The notes beneath the pieces are model-generated. The model saw only the letters and a list, made by a program, of their open reading frames with translations, ran no database searches and was not told the origin of the DNA. A DNA stretch of 64,000 bases, from contig CAWBAN010000003.1 of assembly GCA_963786935.1 (NCBI GenBank), forward strand, positions 256,001-320,000, in the 5' to 3' direction. Shown in pieces: positions 1-8,583 of this stretch. A program made the position numbers and the translations under genes. Source of the stretch: an uncultured bacterium (GTDB taxonomy: Bacteria; Krumholzibacteriota; Krumholzibacteriia; Krumholzibacteriales; Krumholzibacteriaceae). The first letter of the stretch is position 1, and each line of letters opens with the position of its first letter.

Positions 1-2
1 GA

Positions 3-434
3 CGCTGCCGGGCGGAGCTCGAGGCCGTCGTCGATTCGCTCGGCGTCGCGCACGCGGTGAAGCTCGCCGGCGCGCGCGACGACGTGAGCGATCTCCTCGG
101 CGCCGCCGACATGTTCGTTCTCTCCTCGAGCAGGGAGGGGCTGCCCGTCTCGCTCCTCGAAGCGATGGCCGCGGGCACGGCGATCGTCGCGACCGCCGTC
201 GGCGGCATTCCCGAAGCGATCCGCGATCGCGAGAGCGGTCTCCTCGTTCCCCCGGAGGACGCCGGCGCGCTCGCGGCCGCGATTCAATCGATCGCGGCGG
301 ACCCGTCTCTCGGGGCGGCGCTCGGCCGCGCGGCGCGCGCGGACGCCGCGCGCGAGTACGCCATCGAACGCGTCGTCGGACGCATCGAGGATCTCTATCG
401 CGATCTGTGCGAGCGCAAGGCGAAGCGGGCGTAG
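3..434 (+). CDS. Glycosyltransferase family 4 (GT-B), C-terminal part, truncated by window start
   Basis: Frame open from position 3; motif ADMFVLSSSREGLPVSLLEAMAAG-x-VAT-x-GG-x-E typical of GT4. Confidence 0.9.
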   Translation, partial: RCRAELEAVVDSLGVAHAVKLAGARDDVSDLLGAADMFVLSSSREGLPVSLLEAMAAGTAIVATAVGGIPEAIRDRESGLLVPPEDAGALAAAIQSIAADPSLGAALGRAARADAAREYAIERVVGRIEDLYRDLCERKAKRA

Positions 435-474
435 GCGCGCGGCCCGTCCGCCGGCGCGGAGCGAGAATTTCGCC

Positions 475-503
475 TTGGATACGCCCGCTCCGTGCGCTAG
501 AAT
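475..503 (+). promoter_or_regulatory. Putative sigma70 promoter for the CapK-PanD fusion gene
   Basis: TTGGAT (475-480), 17 bp, TAGAAT (498-503); SD AAGGAG before ATG 561. Confidence 0.55.
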
Positions 504-560
504 GTGCGCCGCGGCATCGCGTGACCGGTTTCATTCCCCGGCGCCGCGAGAAGGAGCTTC

Positions 561-2282
561 ATGCTGAGCGCCCTCTATCCGCCGTTCGTGCGAAACGTCG
601 TCTACCCCGTCTACCGGGGTCTCCGGGGAGACAAGATCATCGCGCTCCTCGAGACGCTGGAACGGGACCAGTGGCGATCGCCGCAGGAGATCGAGGAGCT
701 GCGGTGGGCGCGGCTCGAGCGGCTGCTCTCGCAGATCGCGCTCTACGTTCCGTACTACCGGGAGCTCTTCGCGCGCGACGGGATCAAGCCGGAAGACGTC
801 CAGGGCCCCGCCGATTTCCGCACAATCCCGCTCCTCTCGAAGGAGATCATCCGCGAGGCGGGAAGCCTCATGATCTCGCAGGACCCGGTGCGGCGGGGAC
901 ACGCCTCCAGCACGGGAGGCTCGACGGGAGAGCCGCTCCGGTTCCACGTCGACGTCGCCGCGGGGCCGTTCCGGCGGGCCAACACGATCCGCTGCTACCG
1001 GCGCGCGGGCATCGACATCGGGGACCGGCAGGCGTTTCTCTGGGGCACGGCCCTCAATATTCCCGCCCGGGAGCGCGTCACCGGCGCGCTGAAGAACTAC
1101 TTCTACAACCACCTGTACCTTTCGACCTTCGACATGTCGGACGAGCGGATGTCCCGCTACGCGTCGCGCGTGCGGGACTTCAAGCCGCACTGCATCACCG
1201 CCTATCCGTCGGCGCTCGCGCTCTTCGCGGAGTTCTGCAAGGGGAGGGGTGTGGCCGACATCCGGCCCCGCGCGATCGTATCGAGCGGCGAACAGCTCTT
1301 CGACGGCCAGCGGGAGCTCATCGAGGCGGCGTTCCAGTGCCGCGTGTTCAACCGGTACGGGAGCAGGGAGTTCGGAAACGTCGCCCACGAATGCGGTGAG
1401 CATCGCGGGCTCCATATCATGAGCGATCTCTGCTACCTCGAGCTCGTCGCGGAGAACGGGGAGCCGGCGAAAAACGGGGAGATCGGCGAGATCGTCATCA
1501 CGGATCTTTTCAATTTCTACATGCCGTTCGTGCGGTACCGGACGGGGGATCTCGCCGTGTCGACGGGAAGAACGTGCCCGTGCGGGAGCGGGTTTCCGCT
1601 CCTCGAACGCGTCGAGGGGCGCTCCTTCGACGCGATCGTGACGCCGGACGGCAAGCGCGTCGGCGGATTCTTCTGGACCTGGCTCTCGCGCGCCGTGCCG
1701 GGGATCCGGCGATTCCAGGTCGAGCAGCGCGAGCGGAGCGGCGTCATGTTCCGGTTCGTCGCGGGGCCCGACTGGCGCGACGAGTACGAGCGCGAGCTCG
1801 AAAAGAAGATCAAGGAGAATTGCGGCGAGGGATTCCGCGTCGTCTTCGCGCGGGTCGACGATATCCCGCTCACGCCGTCGGGCAAATCGCGGTTCATCGT
1901 GTCGAACCTCGGCGACCGGCTGCTCGCGAAATCGAAGATCCACCGCGCCGTGGTCACGGGGGAGCGCGCCGAGCATCCGGACTGCCTCCTCATCGACGGC
2001 GAGCTCCTCGAGCGCAGCGATATCGCCGTGGGGGAGCACATTCTCATCGTCGACATCACGAGCGGGGAGCGCATCGAGACGTTCGCGGCGCGCGGGACGG
2101 CCGGGAGCGGCGAGATCGTCGCGTGCGGCGCCGCCGCGAAGCGGATCAAGGCCGGAGACCGGATCAGCATCATGGCCTTCACGTGGACGGACGGACCGGT
2201 CGAGCGATTCAGCAACATCCTCGTCGACGAGCACAACAGGTTCGTCCGCTATCTCTCCGAGACGCACGGCGAAATCGCGTAG
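561..2282 (+). CDS. Phenylacetate-CoA ligase/CapK-like adenylate-forming enzyme fused to a C-terminal aspartate 1-decarboxylase (PanD)-like domain (nt 1911-2282)
   Basis: ANL motifs STGGSTGEP, YGSREF, RYRTGD, EGR, TPSGK; last ~123 aa align without gaps to PanD (KSKIHRAVVT...ID...GERIET...GSGEI..CGAAA...GDRI.IMAF). Confidence 0.88.
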   Translation: MLSALYPPFVRNVVYPVYRGLRGDKIIALLETLERDQWRSPQEIEELRWARLERLLSQIALYVPYYRELFARDGIKPEDVQGPADFRTIPLLSKEIIREAGSLMISQDPVRRGHASSTGGSTGEPLRFHVDVAAGPFRRANTIRCYRRAGIDIGDRQAFLWGTALNIPARERVTGALKNYFYNHLYLSTFDMSDERMSRYASRVRDFKPHCITAYPSALALFAEFCKGRGVADIRPRAIVSSGEQLFDGQRELIEAAFQCRVFNRYGSREFGNVAHECGEHRGLHIMSDLCYLELVAENGEPAKNGEIGEIVITDLFNFYMPFVRYRTGDLAVSTGRTCPCGSGFPLLERVEGRSFDAIVTPDGKRVGGFFWTWLSRAVPGIRRFQVEQRERSGVMFRFVAGPDWRDEYERELEKKIKENCGEGFRVVFARVDDIPLTPSGKSRFIVSNLGDRLLAKSKIHRAVVTGERAEHPDCLLIDGELLERSDIAVGEHILIVDITSGERIETFAARGTAGSGEIVACGAAAKRIKAGDRISIMAFTWTDGPVERFSNILVDEHNRFVRYLSETHGEIA

Positions 2283-2299
2283 CGCGAGGGGCCGTTCTG

Positions 2300-2308
2300 T
2301 GCTATATT
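2300..2308 (+). promoter_or_regulatory. Possible extended -10 promoter upstream of panD
   Basis: TG-C-TATATT in the short intergenic gap. Confidence 0.4.
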
Positions 2309-2346
2309 GTACGCCGTCCGAGGGGCTCGATTCGAAAGGATCGCGG

Positions 2347-2745
2347 GTGAAACGGCTTCTCCTGAAATCGATGATTGTGGGCGCGAAGGTCGTTCAGGCC
2401 GACCTGCGCTACGTCGGCAGCATCACGATCGACGAGGATCTCATCGAGAAGAGCAACCTGAGCCCGAACGAAAACGTCCTCGTCGTCGATCGGACGAACG
2501 GGATGCGTCTCGAGACGTACGTGATCAAGGGGGAGCGGGGGAGCGGCATGGTGTGCATGAACGGAGCCGCCGCCCACCTCATCGCCGAGGGAGACACGGT
2601 CGACATCATGGCGTTCGCGTGGTCGAGCGGGGACGCCCAGCCGCTCTTCATCGAGGTCGACGAGCGAAACCGCTTCCGCCGGTACATCGATGCGAGCGAC
2701 TCCCGGCCCGAGGCACGATTCCTTAACGTTCCGCCGCGCGCATGA
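2347..2745 (+). CDS. panD: Aspartate 1-decarboxylase (pyruvoyl-dependent), divergent N-terminus
   Basis: GTG start after SD GAAAGGA; ADLRYVG|SITID cleavage site, NGMRLETY, CMNGAAAH; K9/H11/R12 replaced by M/V/G. Confidence 0.88.
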   Translation: MKRLLLKSMIVGAKVVQADLRYVGSITIDEDLIEKSNLSPNENVLVVDRTNGMRLETYVIKGERGSGMVCMNGAAAHLIAEGDTVDIMAFAWSSGDAQPLFIEVDERNRFRRYIDASDSRPEARFLNVPPRA

Positions 2746-3863
2746 TCCGGAGCAACTTTCATCTTTTCCGCCTCTTGGGGATTCCCGTCGAGGTCAATCT
2801 CAGCTGGCTCCTTATTCTCGCCCTCATGACGTGGTCGTTCGCCACGGGCTGGTACGCGGAGCTCCTGCCGGACGGCACCAAGACGCAGCTGTGGTCGCTC
2901 GGATTCCTGACGTCGATCCTGCTGTTCGTCTCGATCCTGCTCCACGAGTTCAGCCACTCGGTCGTCGCGGCGAAGAACGGCCTGCCGATACGCAAGATCA
3001 CGCTGTTCCTCTTCGGCGGCGTGGCGCAGATGGAGCGCGACGTCGACGATCCGGTCCTCGAGCTCAAGATGGCGGCGGCCGGCCCCGCGATGTCGGTGCT
3101 GCTCGCCGCGCTGTTCTTCGGGATCTCGAGGCTCGTCGCCGACCGCCCGCTCCCGTTTGTGCTCGCCCAGAGCCTCTATCGCATCAACCTCATCGTGCTC
3201 GCGTTCAACATGGTGCCGGGATTCCCGCTCGACGGCGGCCGGATCCTCCGCGCCGCGATCTGGAAGAAGACGGGGAACGTTCAGAAAGCGACACGCATCG
3301 CGAGCCGCGTCGGCGGCGCCTTCGCGATCATCCTCATGGTGTACGGCGTGTTCAATTTCTTCGTCGGGCAGCTGATCGGCGGGATCTGGCTCATCTTCAT
3401 CGGATATTTCCTGCGGCAGGCGGCTCAATCGGGCTATCTCCTCGTCACGCTCCGGCAGACCCTCGGGAATCTGAAGGTGTCGGACGTCATGCGCTCGCCG
3501 GTGATCACGGTGGATGCGGCGCTGAGCCTCCGGCGGCTCGTCGACGAGTATTTCCTCCGGTACCACTACGGATCGTTTCCCGTGCTCGAGGGCGGTACCC
3601 TCGCCGGCATGGTGGCGCTCAAGGACGTGAAGCAGGTCGAGATGGAGGACTGGGAGCAGGCGACGGTGGCGGACATCGCGGACCGGGAGATCGCGCGGTA
3701 CGCGCTCCGCCGGGACTATCCCGCGGAGACGCTCCTCAACCTGATCATGAAAAAAGGCTACAGCCGCCTGCCCGTGGTCGACGGCGAGGGCAAAGTGGTA
3801 GGAATCGTGTCGCGCCGCGACCTCATGGAGACGATAAAGATGATGGCTTATTTGGAGGAATGA
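2742..3863 (+). CDS. Site-2 protease (M50) with two CBS domains
   Basis: HEFSH zinc motif, FNMVPGFPLDGG, several TM segments, C-terminal CBS pair; ATGA overlap with panD stop. Confidence 0.93.
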   Translation: MIRSNFHLFRLLGIPVEVNLSWLLILALMTWSFATGWYAELLPDGTKTQLWSLGFLTSILLFVSILLHEFSHSVVAAKNGLPIRKITLFLFGGVAQMERDVDDPVLELKMAAAGPAMSVLLAALFFGISRLVADRPLPFVLAQSLYRINLIVLAFNMVPGFPLDGGRILRAAIWKKTGNVQKATRIASRVGGAFAIILMVYGVFNFFVGQLIGGIWLIFIGYFLRQAAQSGYLLVTLRQTLGNLKVSDVMRSPVITVDAALSLRRLVDEYFLRYHYGSFPVLEGGTLAGMVALKDVKQVEMEDWEQATVADIADREIARYALRRDYPAETLLNLIMKKGYSRLPVVDGEGKVVGIVSRRDLMETIKMMAYLEE

Positions 3864-3864
3864 T

Positions 3865-4029
3865 TTATAGTTCCGGTGCCTCGGGAAACTCCTCGACTTC
3901 CTCCTCGAGAATGACGTTCACCACTCCGTACTTCTTGGTCTTTTTTTCAAGCATTCCCCGCTGCTTGTTCTTGGGATCCGGTTCCGGCCGGCTGTTCTTC
4001 TTCTTTCTGGGGACTGGCCTGCGCTTCAA
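3865..4029 (-). CDS. Small hypothetical protein (54 aa; basic N-half, acidic C-tail)
   Basis: In-frame TTG at 4029 after SD AAAGGAG; TGTTATAAT extended -10 on the minus strand at 4106-4098; convergent with the S2P gene. Confidence 0.55.
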   Translation of the reverse strand: MKRRPVPRKKKNSRPEPDPKNKQRGMLEKKTKKYGVVNVILEEEVEEFPEAPEL

Positions 4030-4097
4030 TTTCCAACCTCTCCTTTCTTCGTGCTCCACCCTTTCGCGTTAAAGTCGAAAGGAAACCGGTTAAGGGA

Positions 4098-4106
4098 ATT
4101 ATAACA
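4098..4106 (-). promoter_or_regulatory. Extended -10 promoter (TGnTATAAT) for the small protein gene
   Basis: Perfect TGTTATAAT on the minus strand in an AT-rich intergenic patch. Confidence 0.55.
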
Positions 4107-4264
4107 AAACCCCCACCGATTTTCACTACTTTGCAAAAAATATGACAATTTCACGCCGGACGGACGGGAGGGGGGCGAAAGGGGGGGCCGCTCGCGCGGA
4201 TAGAAAGAGGCCGCCGGCAGCCGGCGGCCTCGACGCGGTCGTTTCGCGACGGACGGGGAGCGGA

Positions 4265-5044
4265 TCATTGTGCCGGCGGCCGGTACTCCTCGAAGATCGC
4301 GTCGTCGATCTCGACGTCGAACGAGACCTCCTTCCAGAGGAACTCGGTCGTCAATGTGCCGCCGTCGTAGACGCGCACGTGATACGGCGTCAGGCGTCCG
4401 GCGTCCTTCCGGTAGTCGTCGAAGATGTAAACCCGGTTTCCCTTGTTCTCGATGCGCCGCTTCAGAATGTGCGTCTTCGCGTCCACGTCGAAGAGGATCG
4501 TGTCCCCCTTGAGCACGCAGCCGACCCGCGCGAGGTTCGCGTCGGGCAGGAGCGTGTCGGGCGGGGCCGGGGGCGCCGTGAAGAACGTGTCGCACGCGGC
4601 GAGATAGAACGCGATGCCGTCGACGCGGTCGAGGAGCGTCTTGAGGCTCGCCGTCGTTTGCGGATTGCGCCCCGCGTTGAGATTCGCCATCGACCACGCG
4701 TCGCCGCCGTTGTAGTAGTAGGCGCGGAAGAACGGATGACCGTACGCGCTGTTGTCCCGGTCGATTTTGAGCTTGTCGGGCTTCTTCACGAAGCGGCTGT
4801 AATCAGCCCGCAGCGTGCCCCATCCTTCGGTGTTCCACGCGATCTCGAGCCCCTTCTCGACGCGCGTCGTCCAGGTCTTGTCCTCCCCGAGCGCCTTCGA
4901 GGCCTTCTCGAGCAGGCTCTTGCCGGGATCGGCGGGGGCGCTCGACAAAGCCGACGCGAGCCCGGCCGCGCCGAGGACGGCGCAGGCCGCGGCGACGGCG
5001 AGCAGGGCCGTCGCCGGCCGTTTCATTCTCGAAATTCCTTTCAT
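4265..5044 (-). CDS. Secreted hypothetical protein, LolA-like/outer-membrane lipoprotein-sorting-like fold
   Basis: Signal peptide; KKPDKLKID, FDDYRK, VSFDVEIDDAIFE C-terminal pattern; SD GAGGAGG. Confidence 0.55.
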   Translation of the reverse strand: MKGISRMKRPATALLAVAAACAVLGAAGLASALSSAPADPGKSLLEKASKALGEDKTWTTRVEKGLEIAWNTEGWGTLRADYSRFVKKPDKLKIDRDNSAYGHPFFRAYYYNGGDAWSMANLNAGRNPQTTASLKTLLDRVDGIAFYLAACDTFFTAPPAPPDTLLPDANLARVGCVLKGDTILFDVDAKTHILKRRIENKGNRVYIFDDYRKDAGRLTPYHVRVYDGGTLTTEFLWKEVSFDVEIDDAIFEEYRPPAQ

Positions 5045-5059
5045 CGATCCCTCCTCGTG

Positions 5060-6295
5060 TCAGGCGGTGAGCTCTTCGTGCGCCGCCAGCAGTTTCGAGC
5101 GAATCGCGAGGCGGTGCGGGCAATTCGCTTCGCACGGCCCGCCGCAGGAGGCGCACCGCTCGGCGCTCCGCTCGCGCGGGAGCTTTCGGTAGAGCGACAT
5201 GGCGTGCTTCTCCTCGCCGTAGTTTCCGAAGTAGAGCCGGTAGCGAAGGATGTCCGCGATCGGCACGCCGTTCGGGCACGCCGCGACGCAGCCGGCGCAG
5301 CCGGGCCTGCAGTAATCGCGGTCGAGGAGCGTCCCGTAGCCCTTGAGCGCCTTCTTCTCCTCGGGGGTGAGCTCGGGCCTGCCGGAGGCCGCGACGAATT
5401 CGTCGATCATCTCGACGCTGCGCATCGTGATCGAAACGCAGTCGATGCCCGGCTGCGCGAGCATCCACTTGATGACGGCCTGGCGCACCGTGGCGCCATC
5501 CTTCATGAACGGCTTGTAGTCGATTTTGCGCGCCGCGGCGAGGCTCTTCATGGCGACGACGGCCACCCCTTTCGCCTTCGCCTTCGCGAGGACGGGCTCG
5601 AGACCGTTCGTCATGAAGTTCATGCCGGGCATGATCATATCGATCGGCGTGTTGTCGATGAGCCAGTCGAAGTCTTCGACCATGCGGGGGCCGTGAGAGC
5701 TCGCGCCCCAGAACTTGATCTTCCCGTCCTTCTTCGCCTTTTCGAAGGCCTCGACGACCGCCGGATTCTTGATCTTGTCGGGCTCGCTCAGCTTCGGGTC
5801 CTCGCCGACCGAATGAATGAGGGCGCAATCGAGCCGTTCCATATTGAGCCGCGTTCTGCTCTCGTCGATCGCCGTCTCGATCTCGGCGGCGGTCGTTTTC
5901 GTCGTGAAGAGCTCGGGGACGAGCTTCGTCGTGATGAAGAGCTTCTCGCGTTTCTCGCGGGGGAGCTTCCCGAGGACGAGCTCCATATCGTAGTACTGGC
6001 GCGCCGTGTCGACGTAGTTGATGCCGCGCTCCATGGCGTACTCGAGGAGGGACGTGTCCTGGATCATCGCGTTCCCGAATCCGAGGTCCGAGGTCTTCCA
6101 CGCGGTCCGCCCGAGATCGCGAAAATCCTTGATCGAGGGCTTCGCGGCCGCCGCCGCGCCCGCCTGCGCCGCCGCTCCTTTCTCCTGCGCCCGGAGGCCT
6201 TTCGCCCCGGAGAGACCGATGCCGATTCCCGCGATAGAGGCCACGGTCCGCCCGATGAACGATCTGCGGGAAAGCTCCTTGCCGTTCTCCTTCAT
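5060..6295 (-). CDS. Tat-exported aldo/keto reductase with C-terminal 4Fe-4S domain
   Basis: SRRSFIG twin-Arg signal; GINYVDTARQY, ITTK, LIHS tetrad; CRPGCAGCVAACP and CASCGGPCEANCP clusters; real start ATG 6295. Confidence 0.9.
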   Translation of the reverse strand: MKENGKELSRRSFIGRTVASIAGIGIGLSGAKGLRAQEKGAAAQAGAAAAAKPSIKDFRDLGRTAWKTSDLGFGNAMIQDTSLLEYAMERGINYVDTARQYYDMELVLGKLPREKREKLFITTKLVPELFTTKTTAAEIETAIDESRTRLNMERLDCALIHSVGEDPKLSEPDKIKNPAVVEAFEKAKKDGKIKFWGASSHGPRMVEDFDWLIDNTPIDMIMPGMNFMTNGLEPVLAKAKAKGVAVVAMKSLAAARKIDYKPFMKDGATVRQAVIKWMLAQPGIDCVSITMRSVEMIDEFVAASGRPELTPEEKKALKGYGTLLDRDYCRPGCAGCVAACPNGVPIADILRYRLYFGNYGEEKHAMSLYRKLPRERSAERCASCGGPCEANCPHRLAIRSKLLAAHEELTA

Positions 6296-6315
6296 CCTCC
6301 ACCTTCCTTTCGCCG

Positions 6316-8415
6316 TTACTTCTTCGATTCCGTTTCCTCGAGACCGAGCCCGTAGCGATCGGCGATGTCGAGCGGCGGCAGGGGGCCGTCGAGCGGCTTC
6401 GCGTCGCGAACGTACCAATCGAACCAGTCGAGCGAGCGGTACAGGACATCGGCGCGCCCCGGCTGCTTCGCGTTCCCGTGTCCTTCCCCCGGATACTGCA
6501 CGAGGCGGACCGCCGGATGGCCGTTCATCTTGAGAATACGATAGAACTCGATGCTCTGTCCGGGATGCACGCGCGTGTCGGCCGCGCCGCCGAGGATGAG
6601 CACGGCAGTCTTGCTCTGGTGCGCCCAATAGAGGGGGCTCCGCTCGAGGCTCTGCTGCCACATCTCCTCGATCTTCTTTCCCGAATGCACGGAGAGCTCC
6701 TCGTACGGGATGTCGGTCGTGAGGCGCTTGCTCGTGAGGTCGCTGATGCCGACGAACATGCAGACCGCCTTGACCTTCTCCGTGTAGCGCGAGGCGAACC
6801 AGGCCGCCGCGTAGCCGCCGTAGGATCCGCCCGCGAGGCCCACGCGCGCCTTGTCGGCGACGCCGGCGGAGACGAGATAATCGATCCCGTCGGCGATGTC
6901 GTCGAATTCCCTGCCGGCCGCGTCGTTGTAGCCCGCGAGCGCGAAATCGAGCCCGTAGCCCGTGCTCGCGCGGTAGTTCGGGAGGAACACCGCGTAGCCC
7001 TTCCCGGCGAGAACCTGCGCGGGCTCGCTGTAGCGCGTCACCCAGCCGTTCGAGTAGTTTGATTCGGGCCCGCCGTGGACCATGACGGCGAGCGGATAGC
7101 GCATGCCGGCGTTGTAGCCGACCGGATAGACGAGGATGCCTTCGATCTCGAGCCCGTCGCGGGCGGGATACCGGATGACTTTCTGCTCGCCGAGCGCGCG
7201 GTCGGCGAGCCAGGGGTGAAGGTTCGTGAGCCTCTTCGGCTCCTTCGCGCCGGCGGTCCAGCAGAAGAGATCCCCCGGGATGCCGGGCGCGTTTCCGCCG
7301 AACGCGAACAGCTTGAAGCTCTTGGTGAAACTCGGGGAATCGAAGATGACCCCGGCGGTCTTCGCGTCGAGGATAACGGCGCGCTTGCCGCCGGCGGCGC
7401 TCACCGTGCTCAGGGTCGGATACGTTCCCTCGCCCGAGCGATAGACGATCGTGCCCGCATCCTTCCATCCCACCCACTCCACGTGGCCGCGGAAGTTCGG
7501 CTCGGTGAGATTTCTCGCCTCGCCTCCCGCCGCGGCGACGACGAAGAGCTGGCTGTCGGAGTGATCACGCAGCTCCTTCGCGGCATTGAAGGCGATATTC
7601 GCGCCGTCGGGGCTCCAGGCGAAACCGCCGAGCTTGCCGGGATTGTTCGTGAGCTGCCGTTTCGTTTTCGTCGCGGGATCGACGATCCAGATCTTCTGGA
7701 ACATGTATTGGTGGTCGACGAGATTCCGCGGGGAGATTCCCGCCGCGATCGACTTTCCGTCCGGGCTCCACTCGATGCTCCAGACGGCGCAGCCCTCGGT
7801 GATCCGCTCCGCCTCGCCGGCGCGGTCGCCGGCGCCGAGCTTCTGCACGTAGAGGTTCCGGTCCTTGAGGTTCTCCTCGAAGAAGACGAAGCCGTAGCCC
7901 TTCTTCTCGAGCTCCTTCTCGCGCTTCGACTGCGGCGTCGTCGCGACGTAGGCGATCGCGTCTCCCGCCGGGTGCCAGCGGAAGCTCGAGACGCTCGTCT
8001 CGGAGCTCGTGAGCTGCACGGACTCGCCTCCCCCCGCGGGGATCGCCCACACCTGCGTTTTCGCCTTCTCGCCGCGGGCCATGAGGAACCCCAGGCTCGA
8101 GCCGTCCGGTTTCCAGCGAATGCCGCTCACGTTGACCTTTCCCGTGATGAAGGGCTTCGATGCGCCGCCCGCGGAAGGCACGAGCCAGAGCTCGCCGTAG
8201 GCGCCGCCGGCCTCGTCCGTGAGGGCTCGCGGCACCGACACGACGTATGCGATCCAGGCCCCGTCCGCGCTGATCGCCGTCTCGGAGACGCGCTTGCACC
8301 CGAGCGCGTCCTCGGGGGTGAAGGGATTCGCCGCGCGCGCGGGCGGCGGAACGAGAACGAAAAGCGCGAGAATCGCGAACACGGCGATTCCCCGCATGAC
8401 GCTGCGATTGTTCAT
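6316..8415 (-). CDS. S9 family peptidase (dipeptidyl aminopeptidase/acylaminoacyl peptidase type), secreted
   Basis: Signal peptide, PD40-type propeller, VHGGP, GGSYGG, DTRV, YPGEGHG. Confidence 0.93.
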   Translation of the reverse strand: MNNRSVMRGIAVFAILALFVLVPPPARAANPFTPEDALGCKRVSETAISADGAWIAYVVSVPRALTDEAGGAYGELWLVPSAGGASKPFITGKVNVSGIRWKPDGSSLGFLMARGEKAKTQVWAIPAGGGESVQLTSSETSVSSFRWHPAGDAIAYVATTPQSKREKELEKKGYGFVFFEENLKDRNLYVQKLGAGDRAGEAERITEGCAVWSIEWSPDGKSIAAGISPRNLVDHQYMFQKIWIVDPATKTKRQLTNNPGKLGGFAWSPDGANIAFNAAKELRDHSDSQLFVVAAAGGEARNLTEPNFRGHVEWVGWKDAGTIVYRSGEGTYPTLSTVSAAGGKRAVILDAKTAGVIFDSPSFTKSFKLFAFGGNAPGIPGDLFCWTAGAKEPKRLTNLHPWLADRALGEQKVIRYPARDGLEIEGILVYPVGYNAGMRYPLAVMVHGGPESNYSNGWVTRYSEPAQVLAGKGYAVFLPNYRASTGYGLDFALAGYNDAAGREFDDIADGIDYLVSAGVADKARVGLAGGSYGGYAAAWFASRYTEKVKAVCMFVGISDLTSKRLTTDIPYEELSVHSGKKIEEMWQQSLERSPLYWAHQSKTAVLILGGAADTRVHPGQSIEFYRILKMNGHPAVRLVQYPGEGHGNAKQPGRADVLYRSLDWFDWYVRDAKPLDGPLPPLDIADRYGLGLEETESKK

Positions 8416-8583
8416 GGAATCCTCCCTCGCCGGCGGAACTCATAGGCGCGCGTGACGACGCGCGTATGGAACTCATGTGCACGCAAGACAGTGCGCCCAT
8501 GATGCCTGAAGGCGGGCCGCTTGTAAATAGAATCTTGGATCGGCCCGGTGTCGCGATTCCTGCCGCCCGCGCCGCCGCGGCGC

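Noticed and set aside
4166..4190. Intergenic G-runs, possible G-quadruplex or phase-variable tract
   Set aside because: Common in GC-rich DNA, outside the promoter core, no supporting evidence
6296..7477. Extension of the aldo/keto reductase to 805 aa; similar over-long starts at 23091, 26769, 30506, 54222, 61725
   Set aside because: Arg/Pro-rich out-of-frame readings of neighbouring DNA; SD, signal peptides and motifs support the shorter starts
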